Shown here: positions 14,342 to 25,835 of the stretch, piece after piece
How the letters are laid out: every line of letters starts with the position of its first letter
Position numbering within the stretch: the first letter of the stretch is position 1
NCBI GenBank assembly: GCA_905331295.1
Contig: CAJNYD010000020.1
Coordinates: 124,001 to 188,000 of the forward strand
Reading direction: 5' to 3'
Length of the DNA: 64,000 nucleotides
Origin: Rotaria socialis
Lineage: Eukaryota
The notes under the pieces: generated by a model
What the model was told of the DNA's origin: nothing
Databases searched by the model: none
Seen by the model: the letters and a program-made list of their open reading frames with translations, nothing else
Position numbers and translations under genes: made by a program

Positions 14342-14460
14342 CTCTATGACGGTTAAACCGGGTTACCGGAAGTTCGCGAATAGAAATTTCGTAAACTGAA
14401 CTTTCGCCATTGACGAATGTTCTATGGGCGAAGTTCTGGAACTCGGGTTATCCGATAGAC
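14342..14460. repeat. ~120-bp imperfect hairpin / MITE-like element
   Basis: TCTATGACGGTTAAACCGGGTTACCGGAAGTTCGCGAATAGAA resembles the reverse complement of TTCTATGGGCGAAGTTCTGGAACTCGGGTTATCCGATAGA. Confidence 0.5.
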
Positions 14461-15256
14461 TTGAAGTTGAGAAGATACTTTTAAGTTTGTTGCTTGTCTT
14501 AAAAGTCGAGAAGGCGTCCCACTGATTTCAAATTTCACCTACAAAAACTAGAGGGTGTGGGTGTGTGGGTGGGTGTTCATCTAATATTTATCCACACCCA
14601 CACCCTTTCTTTATTGGTTATTCGAAACATGTTTGGAAGTGTGTTATTATATTTTCTATCAAGATAATCTTCAGAATAAAAAGTCAAAAATACTCATTGG
14701 AACTCAAGAATCAAAGTTTCTATTGAATTGACCCAATCGATTCTCTTATGCGCCATAAATAAAGTCATTTCAAAAGCATCTTTTTTGATGGTTTGAACTC
14801 TTTTAACATGATAAGAATTAAAATGATGACATTAACAATAGTTAGACACGATTCTCTTTCCAAAATTGACTTCATGTTTTCTGAGTTTCAATATAATCGA
14901 TGATAAATATTAAACGAAAGAGAGAAAAATGCTAATAGTGTATTTTTTATATTCGCAGTGACTATTGTAAACGCTTCTTTTTCTCTTCATTTTCATTTTG
15001 ACATTGATAAATTAATTTATCAACATATTATTTGTGTTGATATTTACAATTACATAGCAAGGTGTATTTGGGTAAAAGGTAAACATGTTTTGAATAAATA
15101 CGTATTACGTATGATCATTAATCATAGAAATGATTTTCATTCGTATCAAATGAGTATCATTTTCAATAATTGACGATCGAAGGTTTGCAATAGATTTCAC
15201 AGTTGAATATGAAACTTGAATGTTATCTCTGTTATTTTAGATTTATTTAATAAATA

Positions 15257-18200
15257 ATGACTGATGAAATATCAGTACTTACTGATGATCAGAAAATAAC
15301 TCGATATAAATTTATTAGACAAATATCAAAAGAAAATGAAACGATTGGTAATTATTTAAACGAAATATTTTATATTTGTACAGATGAAAATCGTCAAAAT
15401 CGTGTTGATACGTATAAAAGAATCTTGGATGAATGCCCATTTGGTAGTATTGAAAGAAAACAATTAATGGAATATTATGCAAAATTAATGGATTTAGAAC
15501 GTCGTGTAAGAAAATTTGATAATGCAAAATTTTACAATGAAAAAATTGAAAATCCAAACAGTACAGCAACAGCTGATCGTTTTGATTATGTTTTTTCTCG
15601 TATGCAAAAAGAAAATGTTCCATTAGAAAAAGTTAAACAATTTTTTAATGAAAGTGCTTATGCTATTTTCAGTTTAACAATGCATCCAACAAATCCAACA
15701 TCCATGGAATATACAATTAAAGGTGGAATTGAATTTGATAAATATTTAGATAAACATATGGATTATGAACAACATTTGAAATTAGTTGAAACTTTGCCAT
15801 TAACTGGACAGAAAAAAACAATTGAACAAGAAGTTCAAGAAACAATGGCTATTCTTGATGTTATTTATGAAACAGCACCTAAATTACGTATTAAATTAAT
15901 TAAAGCATTAGAAAATATTGAATCTTATGTTGATATGGTTGATGTTGATTCACCTATAATACAAGTATCGATATGGCCAGCTGGAGATGGAGATGGAAAT
16001 GAAAATGCTGATGTTTATGCATTAAAACAAGCTGTTCAACAATTAAAACAACGTATTAAACAATTGTACATAAATGATATTAAACAATTATCATCAAATA
16101 AGAAAATAAATATTCAAAACAGATTACTCAATAATTTATATAAAACAATTGATGATCTTATTGATGATTTAAAAACTATACCTCAAACACAAGATCTTAT
16201 TTACAAAATAAAAACTTTTCGTTTTCACTATGCTCAAATTGATATTCGTCACAATGCTGATGATATAACGTCTTTATCATAAATAATGTCATCAGAGTTT
16301 TGCTTTTTAAAGCTTTTTTTTGTTGTTGTTGTTGATGTGTCATCCATAATTTTGTTTCTCTCATTTGACACATCGAACAAATCCTGCAATCAGAAAGATC
16401 TCACGTATTTTCTATGATAAATAATTATTTATTATCAAAATATTCTCCGAGAATAAATATCACTATTGAAAATTCACAGGTTTTATTACTTCTAATATTA
16501 ATCAATTTATTACTGAAAATGAAGAACTCCTTTTTATAAAATTATAGTTACAATTAAAATTGCATTGTAATATTTTATAGGCAATATCATTGTCATTAAT
16601 AGAATAAAGAATTTTCTTCATATTAGTTTATAAAATCTGTTGACAAATTAACGAAGTTTTTCGAGATCAATTTTTCTTTGGAGTTACTTGAGAATTCATG
16701 TAATCTATATATAAGTTAGTCATGATTGATAAAATATTGTACTTCATTCGATATGTGTGTGATTACGATTAAACATAAAATAGAATTCATTGATGAGATT
16801 CATATTCAATAAGTTTGTGTAATCGCAAAATGATCAAAACTAGTTTATGAAAGTTTCTGAATATAAAGTTCTTTTTCTTTAATTATTGACAGCACTTATT
16901 CAACTGAAAATGGATACAATCAATATTATTACTACTTTTTTTATAGTTTTGATTTTTGCTTATGTAATGTAATTATATATGGATTTTATTATCTTTTGTT
17001 TAATTTTTAAAATAATTGATGTTTACTGATATGAATATTGACTTTAGAAATAGAAAAAGAAAAAAAATCAATTTGTGCAGAAGTAACGTTATTTGTGAAT
17101 CATTCCTAATGGAAACTCTTGCTCATTTAACACAAGTTAATGGTTTAACTGAAAATTTTCTCACGTTATCATTAGAAGATCAAAAAAAATCTATTATTGA
17201 ATGGTTAAATAATGATAATATTATTGAAAAATTAATGTTTACTAATGATGAAATATTAAATAAAAGTAGTAAAACAGCTGCACGTGTATTTGGTCGTTTA
17301 AAATTAATTAAAAATGATCTTGATATATTTAATAAATTAATTATAGCTGAAACAAATTCAACAGTTAATGTTTTAGCTGCATTTTTATTATTAAAAGCAT
17401 CTGGAAATATTGTAGCAGAAAAAGAAACAACCATTGACATTGTTACATTAAGTGAATCAGTTAAAGATTTAGTAAATTTACCGAATTTAATATCTCAATT
17501 GATTGATGATCCAATTTATCGAAAACATTTATTTTATCGTGAAAAATTAATTATAATGATTGCTAAAAGTGATACAGTTCGACGTAATGGTCGTGGTGCT
17601 GAATCATCACAAGAAGAAGCATCGGGAAAATTATATGCGATGCTTGAACAATTTAAAAACAAATATCCTGAATTAAAGAATTTAAAAATTCATGGCTTTA
17701 GTGGTGGTGGTGCTGCGTTACAACGCGGTGGTGGGCGCGTTTCAGAAGTAGCTCATAATCATAGTCGAATTGCACGTTATTTTCATGCTAAAACTATTGG
17801 TCCATCATTATTAACAATTCAAGGGCATCAAATGCAAATATTATTTTCTCCATCATCGATTGCTTTAAATACATTAGAATCATTAGTAGCACAAAATCTG
17901 CATGCACGTGCACAAACTGAATTAAAACCGAATGGCGAACATTATGTTTTGCCACGTCGAGCACCAAATGGCTATGATGAAACAAAAAATATTGAAAATT
18001 TTCATAAAGCTTGTCAAGTTATGCGTCAAACGTATTTTAATTATATGGGAGATTTAGATAATGATAAAGATCAAAATTCAGGAAATTATAATTTTAATCA
18101 ATTATTTGCCAATGCACCATGGGTGTCAGTTATTTTAGGAAATTTAAGTTCACGTCCATCAAAGCGTGGTGGTATTAGTTCCATTAATGACAATATAACT

Positions 18201-18866
18201 GTTAGATATTTAAGAGGTGAAAACCCGAAATTACTCAACAATCGTGCTATTACTGTTGAACGAGTATGTGCACATAGTGGAACTCATTTTCTTAATTATT
18301 TAAGCGTATCTGAAGGATTAAAAAGTCTTAATTATGATGAACTCCATGATATGTATCTCTGTAGTAAATCGTGCCGAGATTTTATGCGTAATACAGCATT
18401 ATCATTACATATGACTGATTTTGATATAGCTTGGCTTACAATGATTGGTGAAGTACATCCAAATAAAACTGAACTTGTTTCATTAGCCAAAAATTTCAGC
18501 ACAAATAGAAAGACAAAAAATACCAATAAAGAAACATTAGCATGGCTTGAATTATATGCCTATGATGTTGCTAAATTAGTGTATAAATGTATTTTAGATA
18601 AAGATCCACCGGATAATTTTGATTTACAAACACCATTGAAGTCTGGTTTTTCAAATTTATCACAACAATTAAAAATGAGAGAAGAATCCGATGAATTCGG
18701 ACGATATGCTCAAGCTGTTATGACGGATTTTATGAATAAGGATTTAGACTTTGTTTTAGGTACAAATGAAACTTTCGCATTACAAGCGTGTTATGCTGCT
18801 GCTGATGTTGTTAATGCACCAGAAGGTGGATTAAATATTGAACTTACAAGAAAAACACCGTTTTGA
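15257..18866 (+). CDS. ppc: Divergent phosphoenolpyruvate carboxylase (bacterial/plant-type)-like protein, two coding segments; ~922 aa without the insertion
   Basis: PEPC motifs in the correct order: SLTMHPT (VLTAHPT), SIWPAGDGDGNEN (SWMGGDRDGNP), FRFHYAQIDIRHNA (FGFHLARLDIRQES), IVTLSESVKDL (VVPLFETLDDL), IMIAKSDTVRRNG (VMIGYSDSxKDxG), FSGGGAALQRGGG (FHGRGGxxGRGG), TIQGH (TxQGE), NLSSRPSKR (NIGSRPSKR), NRAI (LRAIP). ORFs 15257-16282 and 17016-18866 join at ...HNADDI/METLAHL. Confidence 0.85.
16269..17106. mobile_element. PIF/Harbinger-like MITE inserted in the PEPC-like gene (838 bp)
   Basis: TAA duplicated at 16266-16268 and 17107-17109. Removing the insert plus one TAA restores GAT ATA ATG GAA in frame. 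Terminal repeats are in register: TCATAAATAATGTCA versus TCACAAATAACGTTA (12/15 at positions 9-23 from each end). Confidence 0.75.
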
Positions 18867-19120
18867 AAAAACAAATATTATTTATTGCTTTTTTTAAATT
18901 TAATCTTTCTCGTTCCATTTTTTCAAAATTTCATTGTTTCTTTTTTATCCACAAAATATCCTTCTTTTTAGTTTAACACTATCATTTATACTTAATTTTT
19001 TTCTAGAAATCGATTTATTCGCATTGGTACTTTTATCATAGTTTAAAGGTTAACACTGAGTACAGTTAGATTCATGAATGTAAGGTATGCGTGTGGTTCT
19101 TGTTGCCCTTATCACCCCCA

Positions 19121-19678
19121 CCCAGGCCCTCACCAATAAATAAAAACAAGTAGTCGCATATATAAAATAAGAAATAAATATATCACAGTTTTCTCTTTTG
19201 AATTTGAATGAATACTTTTGATTATGATCCATTTATTGCAGAGCAATACAAATAAAATACATTGATTAATCTTGAAAAGTCTTATATGGTTGAATGTAAT
19301 ATAATATGAATTGTTTAATTTTTTCATGGATCTGATGAGATAGGAGAGGAGATCGATAGAAGGTAAAGTATGAGCATGCCCTTATTATTTTCAGTCTCCG
19401 TGTTAGGAAATCGTCGGAATTCAACGGAGCCGACAGAAAAGCAACGGAATCCATAGGGTCCGATGCCGGAAACAATCGGATCAACTGGTCGGATTGAATC
19501 TCCTGGGTAGCTACGGTGGTCGTTTACAGAGATTTTTCACGATCCTCATTTACGACGACCGTATTTCATCGTAAGACATCGTTTACAACAACAGTAAACG
19601 CCTACGAAATACGGTCGCTGTTTTTCACCGTGAGTGATAGGTATACGGCCGTTTACGACTCAAGATGATCGACCTGGG
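19121..19678. mobile_element. Nested/adjacent CCCAGG-family MITEs (GTCGGA-type end at 19507, TACGG-type end at 19678)
   Basis: CCCAGG at 19121; TCGGA/CCGAC array ending TCTCCTGGG (19507); TACGG/TTTACG array ending ATCGACCTGGG (19678). Confidence 0.65.
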
Positions 19679-20699
19679 TACTCTACATCTGTCGATCCAG
19701 TTCATTGCATGATACGGGTCAATCTTTTCTGATCCGACGTGTGCTCTAGTATCAGCCAATTTTTTATTCTTTCTTTCGTTTCGGAATTGAAAACTTAATG
19801 TACGTGTCCTTAATATTTTATCGATGTGCTACAGGTGAGAGAATACGATTCCATGAAAGAATATCTTATTATTTCTTCTTGTTTTCCTATGTGCCGAACT
19901 AATGCCCTTCTGTATCAGTGCTAAAAGAAAGAGAAAAGAATGCCAATGTTGATATCACAATCGTGGTAGCGTCAGAATGAATATTTTTGAAGTACGACGC
20001 GATTAATCATTCTCTATTTTCGAGATCTTTTCTTCCTGAATAAGAAACACAGTTAAATATAAACAATAGTACGTATACAGCATATAATCAAAATAAAATT
20101 CAATATCCTTTCTAATATTTGTGTGGTTTCTAATTCTCAATTACACACGGTTGATTTTCGATATTATTGTTCCGAAAAATCAAAATCATAATCAAGTTAA
20201 TTACGATGGTCTTCGATGACAGTTCAACAATACATTAGAATAGATCTGTTCCGTATGATTTGAGTTTTCAATTTTCTTTTATACATATCAGGCTTAGGAT
20301 TGGTTCATTTCTTTTAGGTGAGATTTTCAAAATTTTGAATTCGTGAGATCAATTGCTACATTGGATAATAAGTTCTAATATGTTATAGAACGTCTTTAAA
20401 AATTTCAACATAGATAATTCATTTTGATTGATCCTGTAATTCACAGTTCCGCCTTCTTTATACTTCAAGCTACGTAAGATACTAACTGACATTGTTTTCT
20501 AATTAATTCAGTTCCTTGTTCGAGAACGTAACATAAAGGCTCTGCTTGTATGCATGAATATCACAAATATTTGGAAAATTTGATTAAACTTATCTCACAA
20601 TAAAAATATTAAGAATTGGTTCCTGTACATTTTTCATTCATCTTATTGAATTTTTTACAAACGAGGAAAGTTTTATTCAAAATAATACCGTCACGAAAT

Positions 20700-21372
20700 T
20701 TATTTAAGCATCTTTTTAAGTTTATCGGTCCATCCTTGTACTATAGTGTCACTAGTCGCCTGTACGGTTTTATCTTTTTTTGTTGCATCATACGTAAAAT
20801 CATATTTAGGTGTTGAGTTATTTTTGACTTCATTTTTTTTATCTTTCGATGGCGGAGGCATCAAAAGACCCATAACATTCGACAGAGCATTCATGGGATT
20901 AGCACCATCTTTAGCATTGAACACACCAGCAGTAGCTAACAGTTTGACTAGTTCAAATAATTTATTACGAACTTCACTATCTGCAAGCATGGCAAGATCT
21001 TTAAGAAAAAAAAAGACAACATGATGATTAGAAACATCACTTTTAACAAATAGATTTTAACTAACTCGGCTGTCTCGTTGGATTATTCAAATCGATATAA
21101 CCTTTTCTATTCATAGTCGTCATTAGATCTTGAACAGCATGGATAATCTTTGGATTTTTTTAAATAGCTTCTAGAAGTGCCAATGCTTTTGGATTCTTCG
21201 AAATTTCATCCATCATCTGTTGCATATTTGAAAAACTGTGACGGATCGGAGACAATGATGAAGGACGAATTGATGGAGATGACATACGAGTGAGAGTGAG
21301 AGGTAATAACAACGGACTACCAAGACGAGAGGAGAACACCGGAACAAACCGACGAACAACGAAAGCAAACAT
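20700..21372 (-). pseudogene. Two-exon small protein with mitochondrial-presequence-like N-terminus, interrupted by an in-frame TAA (or a sequence error)
   Basis: MFAFVVRRFVPVFSSRLGS... is Arg/Ser-rich and lacks acidic residues. The frame reads ...LLEAI*KNPKIIHAVQDLMTTMNRKGYIDLNNPTRQP, then a GTTAG..TTAAAG intron leads in frame into LAMLADSEVRNK...KKMLK*. Confidence 0.6.
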
Positions 21373-22463
21373 TTTGATAAATCAACCAAAAATAGGAATA
21401 TCTGAAATTCATAATAGTTCGATGTTACTGCTTTTCTTGTTAGATTTATTGGTTCTATAGATTAACCTATTGAAAAATGACGACAGATGATGCTCTGTAC
21501 TGGCAGTTCATATTTCGTAATAGATTTAAAATAAGATTGTTATGGTCCTGCTCAATCGGTAGAGATATATTTCGATGAAAAAGTAGGAAAAGACGCATCA
21601 GATGCTGGATCTGATGTTGAATATAATTAAGGCTTTAACTGCGTAATGTCGCTTGAAAAGTTTCAAAAGCCACTGATGTAACTAGGGCAAATAACTGAAA
21701 GTTAAGATTTTACTCTCGGTGTGAATGTGAGATTTTTGTGGAAGGCAAAAACATTCGAATACTAACAACACAACGCCTCAAGTGTGAGTGCTGCGAAATT
21801 TTGACGTTTACCAATAAAATAATTTTTTTTTGCGTTTTTATTTTTCCGTATTAACACGAGTCTTGCCTCAATTCGAATCCAAATATCTCATTTCATCTCT
21901 CACTTCTGCCGTAGTACAGTTGACTTACGTTCGAACTCGAAGTAGATAGCTAGAAACATTTCTGACGGCACAATCAAGCTACTATGAGTTTAGGGCTTTC
22001 AAAGAGTCTCTCAATACTATTGAATAAAGAAATTGGATTCCATATTTCTAAGTCCGTATTCGAAACAGACACAAAGTTTTGACTTTTATAGGTAGCTGGT
22101 GACTCGTGAAAATAGAGAATATTGTCTCGAATGTCAAAAGTGAAGAAACATCTTGAGTAAACAGATTTAGATTATTTCTCAGTAAATCCGTAGTGACTAA
22201 TCTGCTTTTAGTCATCTCTCTTTTCTATTTAGCTTTTGTAAAACTTTCGAATGATATTGATATCATTCACAAATGTAGTTATGGTTACATGCATAATACG
22301 TTGCATTGTTATTATTCATTAATTCTCATTGTTGGTAGGAAAATCAAGTTTTAAAAAAATCAAGTTTTGCAATGCCTTAGAACAGTTTATTATGAATAAT
22401 TTAAATGTTCATTTATATCAAAAAAAAAATTTAATTCCTCTTGCATTGCCAGAGTAGATAATA

Positions 22464-23534
22464 CTACAGTAATTTATTTGTTTGTTGATCATTCATCGAA
22501 GATTTTTTCACAAATTGTTTGTACGTACCAAAGAGACGATCAAAATCAATTAGCGGTACTCCATAGTTACATTCAAAAAATGCATGATGTAAATAGTGAA
22601 AGTCCGCACCACCAGCTGGATCAGCATAACCATCATGGCCTCCAATTGGTGCTATATCAGCATGAAATTTTGCATATAGAAAATGAAGTGGATGACATGA
22701 AAAAAGAAGCGGAAAATAAGCACATGTATAATAAACGAAATGTTCAATGGGATGCATTGATAATCCTGACCAAGGACCAGGATTACGACTTTGATGGTGC
22801 AGACTATGGAAGTGACGATAAAGAAATGCGCCAATATCACCTTGGTATAGTCCATTTTGAACAGACCGCCATGGATGCATAAAACGGTGAACCTAGAAAA
22901 ATCAGCATTGATTTACAACATCAAAAAACCGAAAACAAAAGATCTAACTTACCCAGTAGAAATGAAATTCTCTCCAAAAGGTAACACTTAAAAGAATAAA
23001 CATTGAAAAGTATGGTCGAGACCAAAAATCACTATAATACGGCAATCGACCACTAGCCCATAGCCACATAAAAATACATTGCACGAAAGCTGATTGTAGC
23101 CAACCAAGTGTTGTAAATGTGACTTCTCTTAGTAGATGATGTTGACTTTCTTCTTCATATTGATTAATTGAATTATATTTTTTTCCATGTAATGGTCCTT
23201 TAGGATATGGACTCGTACGTCCATAAGTCATCCAATGCCAAAATGAGTAAAAAATAAATTCACAGGCTATATTATAAAGAAAAACTCGTGATACCCATTT
23301 TATATGCCATTCATTGGCTTCAGTAAATGTTATTGGAAATATCCAAAGCCAACATAATAGTGCGACACTAAAATCAAGGGCATGAGCTAAATGGCACCAA
23401 ATGAGATAATCAAAGGCTTTTTGTTTCCAATAAGACCATTGCAAATATGTTTTAAATATTAAGGGAGTTGAATAATCTCTTTCTCCTGCATGAAGACGAT
23501 GAATTCCAACGATATTACGAATACCGAATGTCAT
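22464..23534 (-). CDS. Sterol desaturase / fatty-acid hydroxylase superfamily membrane enzyme
   Basis: His boxes HFYWVHRFMH, HSLHH, GHDG, HYLHH..FECNYG; hydrophobic segments; one 60-bp intron 22893-22952 joins the two ORFs in frame. Confidence 0.9.
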
Positions 23535-25835
23535 TCTTAATAGACTATTTTTTAAAATCTCTGCTTACCTGTAACTCTCCGTATATTTACTCTTTTGAAG
23601 CTATCTGCATGCATTATACGCCACTGTCACAATTTATCAATAGTCAAACATTTTCTTTTTCCTATATTTACTAATATGAAGATAAAAAAAGTAATGATAC
23701 TGGTCACATGTATATTTGTTGTCTTTCTTTTTACAAACAAAATGACCTTTTACATGTGTGAAATCAAAGTAAAGTAGTTTGCCATAAAATCTTTCGGATT
23801 TTAAAAATAAACCTCTGATGAGCAAAACAGTTAAAGAAGGAAAGTCTCCAGAACTAGTTGTTTTTTCTGTTTGAATCAACACATTATTCAATATGAAACG
23901 TTACTTACACACGTATCTGACATCAAATACAGATTGAAAAACATCACTTTTGAGTTTATTGTTAACGATTGTAATATTTTTATCGATCCGTGACTTGTAT
24001 TTAATTGTATTTGGCTTTAACTTTTCATTCGCTTCTATGATAATACATATATTTGTTTAGATGAAATTAATAAATATATAATACTAGATTTTATACTTTG
24101 CATTTTTACCTAACAATATTAAAAAATCGAGCGACCAATTTTGGAATTCTGAAGTACAAAAATTAAAAATATAGATTTTGAATAAACAAATAAACATTCA
24201 TATACAATGTTTTTGTCACAAGAGTAACACAAAAGAAAATATAAATAACGGCACAACTCTATTAATATTAGCTTTGAAAATATTTCAATTTAATATTTCT
24301 TGATCGATTTTGCTTACAAGATGAAAATATAGAGAAAAAGTGCTGTAGACTTTTCCTTTGTATTGATTTGTAAAAGAATCGAGTGCATCAAGAGAAACAA
24401 TTAAACGAAATTTACTACTTCTGTCGATTTGACCAGATTGTTCATTAAATCGGAATGCTTTTTGAATAAAATTGGCTTTGATACAATTAACTTTAAGAAA
24501 ATAATTTTTAATCGATAGGTCCGTTCTGTTAGTTGTCCTATTTGATAAGGAGAATCCCGTGCGTTTATGACGACGATGATCATCATAATTAATCGATCTC
24601 TTTAGAACATTAGTCATACACGAAAAAGAAACAATGAGAAGATTTATATAGAATATTCGTAAGATACGCGTACTTCTTGTTGTACGAAATAATATTAGAA
24701 TCAACATATGGTTTAACAAGAATAAAAATAAAATTCGTCCTTCTACTAATTGTTAGGCGCTATTTATTCCGAAATAAAAATCGAAAATAGACGTTGAATT
24801 TACAATCTAATTCGAAATTATTTTTGTCTAATTCAAAGATACAACTCACTGTAAAATTTCGTCAGATTTCGATAGAATTCCAAGAGCAGATTTATATCAA
24901 TTCATTATTCAAAATCTCATCACAATAAATCAATAAGAAATTCTCTAGAAACAACAGCAATCAAACTGTAGAAATCAAATTAGAATGTTTCGTACAGTAT
25001 AATATGGTTAATAGGTGGGAAACATAAGGAAAGATGACAAGACAAGACAATGTTAAATAATATGCATGAAAAATCAATTGAAATAAGCAAGGGGAATAGA
25101 ACGGGACTCAAATGACTACACTGGACACGTTACAATGTCAAAGATAAACAATTTCACTATCTCGGTTGCTTTGTTAGATCATTCAAATTGATACAGCCTT
25201 TTTTTATTCATTCTAATCATTATATCGTGTGTTAAGTGGAGAATTTTGGGGGTCTAATTCAATAGCTTGTAAAAATGTCATCAAATTGAGAAGTTTCGTT
25301 CATCATTTCTTGGACGTTTGAAAATTGTAACAGTTCAGCGTTACTGATAAAAATCGAACTGGCGATAACAAGCTGTGAATGAGAGAAATGAGCATTGGAT
25401 TGCTAAGATGAGGAGATACAACAACAACGAAGCAACGAGAGATGAAAATAAAAATTTCACTCAGTGAGTGTAAACAGGTATCACTCATCTTGAGACTATG
25501 ATTCGTTTGACGGATTAATATATTTGAAAATAATGATAAAAATCACTTTGTATCAGTATAGACTACTTTTGACAAAATTTTCAATTTATACACAACCCTC
25601 TATGCTCAAGGTATTTCTCTCGTGTTGAAGAAGTAAGAGTTGTTTCAACCAATAAAACCTTATCAAACAGTCGCAATAAAAACATGTGACATCGTTAACC
25701 AATAGAAATTGTCTTGTTATCCTCCGTTTTATTCTTTATCATAAATTGTTTATGTCGCTAAGATCAATTGCAATGGTTTCGATTTCTTACCATTCATATA
25801 GGTTGTGTCTTGTTTGTCAAAACAAAATCAATCTA

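Noticed and set aside
17016..17108. Independent start for the 616-aa ORF (separate PEPC half-genes)
   Set aside because: The ORF begins at a TTG inside the MITE, and the TAA duplication shows the two halves were one continuous reading frame.
15257..18866. Bacterial contaminant contig explanation for the PEPC-like gene
   Set aside because: Host-like AT-rich codon usage, a eukaryotic MITE insertion, a splice-acceptor-like TTTTAG at 15240 just upstream, no operon context and no N gap between it and intron-containing genes. Not fully excluded without reads.
24285..24910. 144-aa minus-strand ORF and upstream exon-like pieces
   Set aside because: No recognisable domain and in-frame stops upstream; cannot be distinguished from a decayed or spurious ORF.
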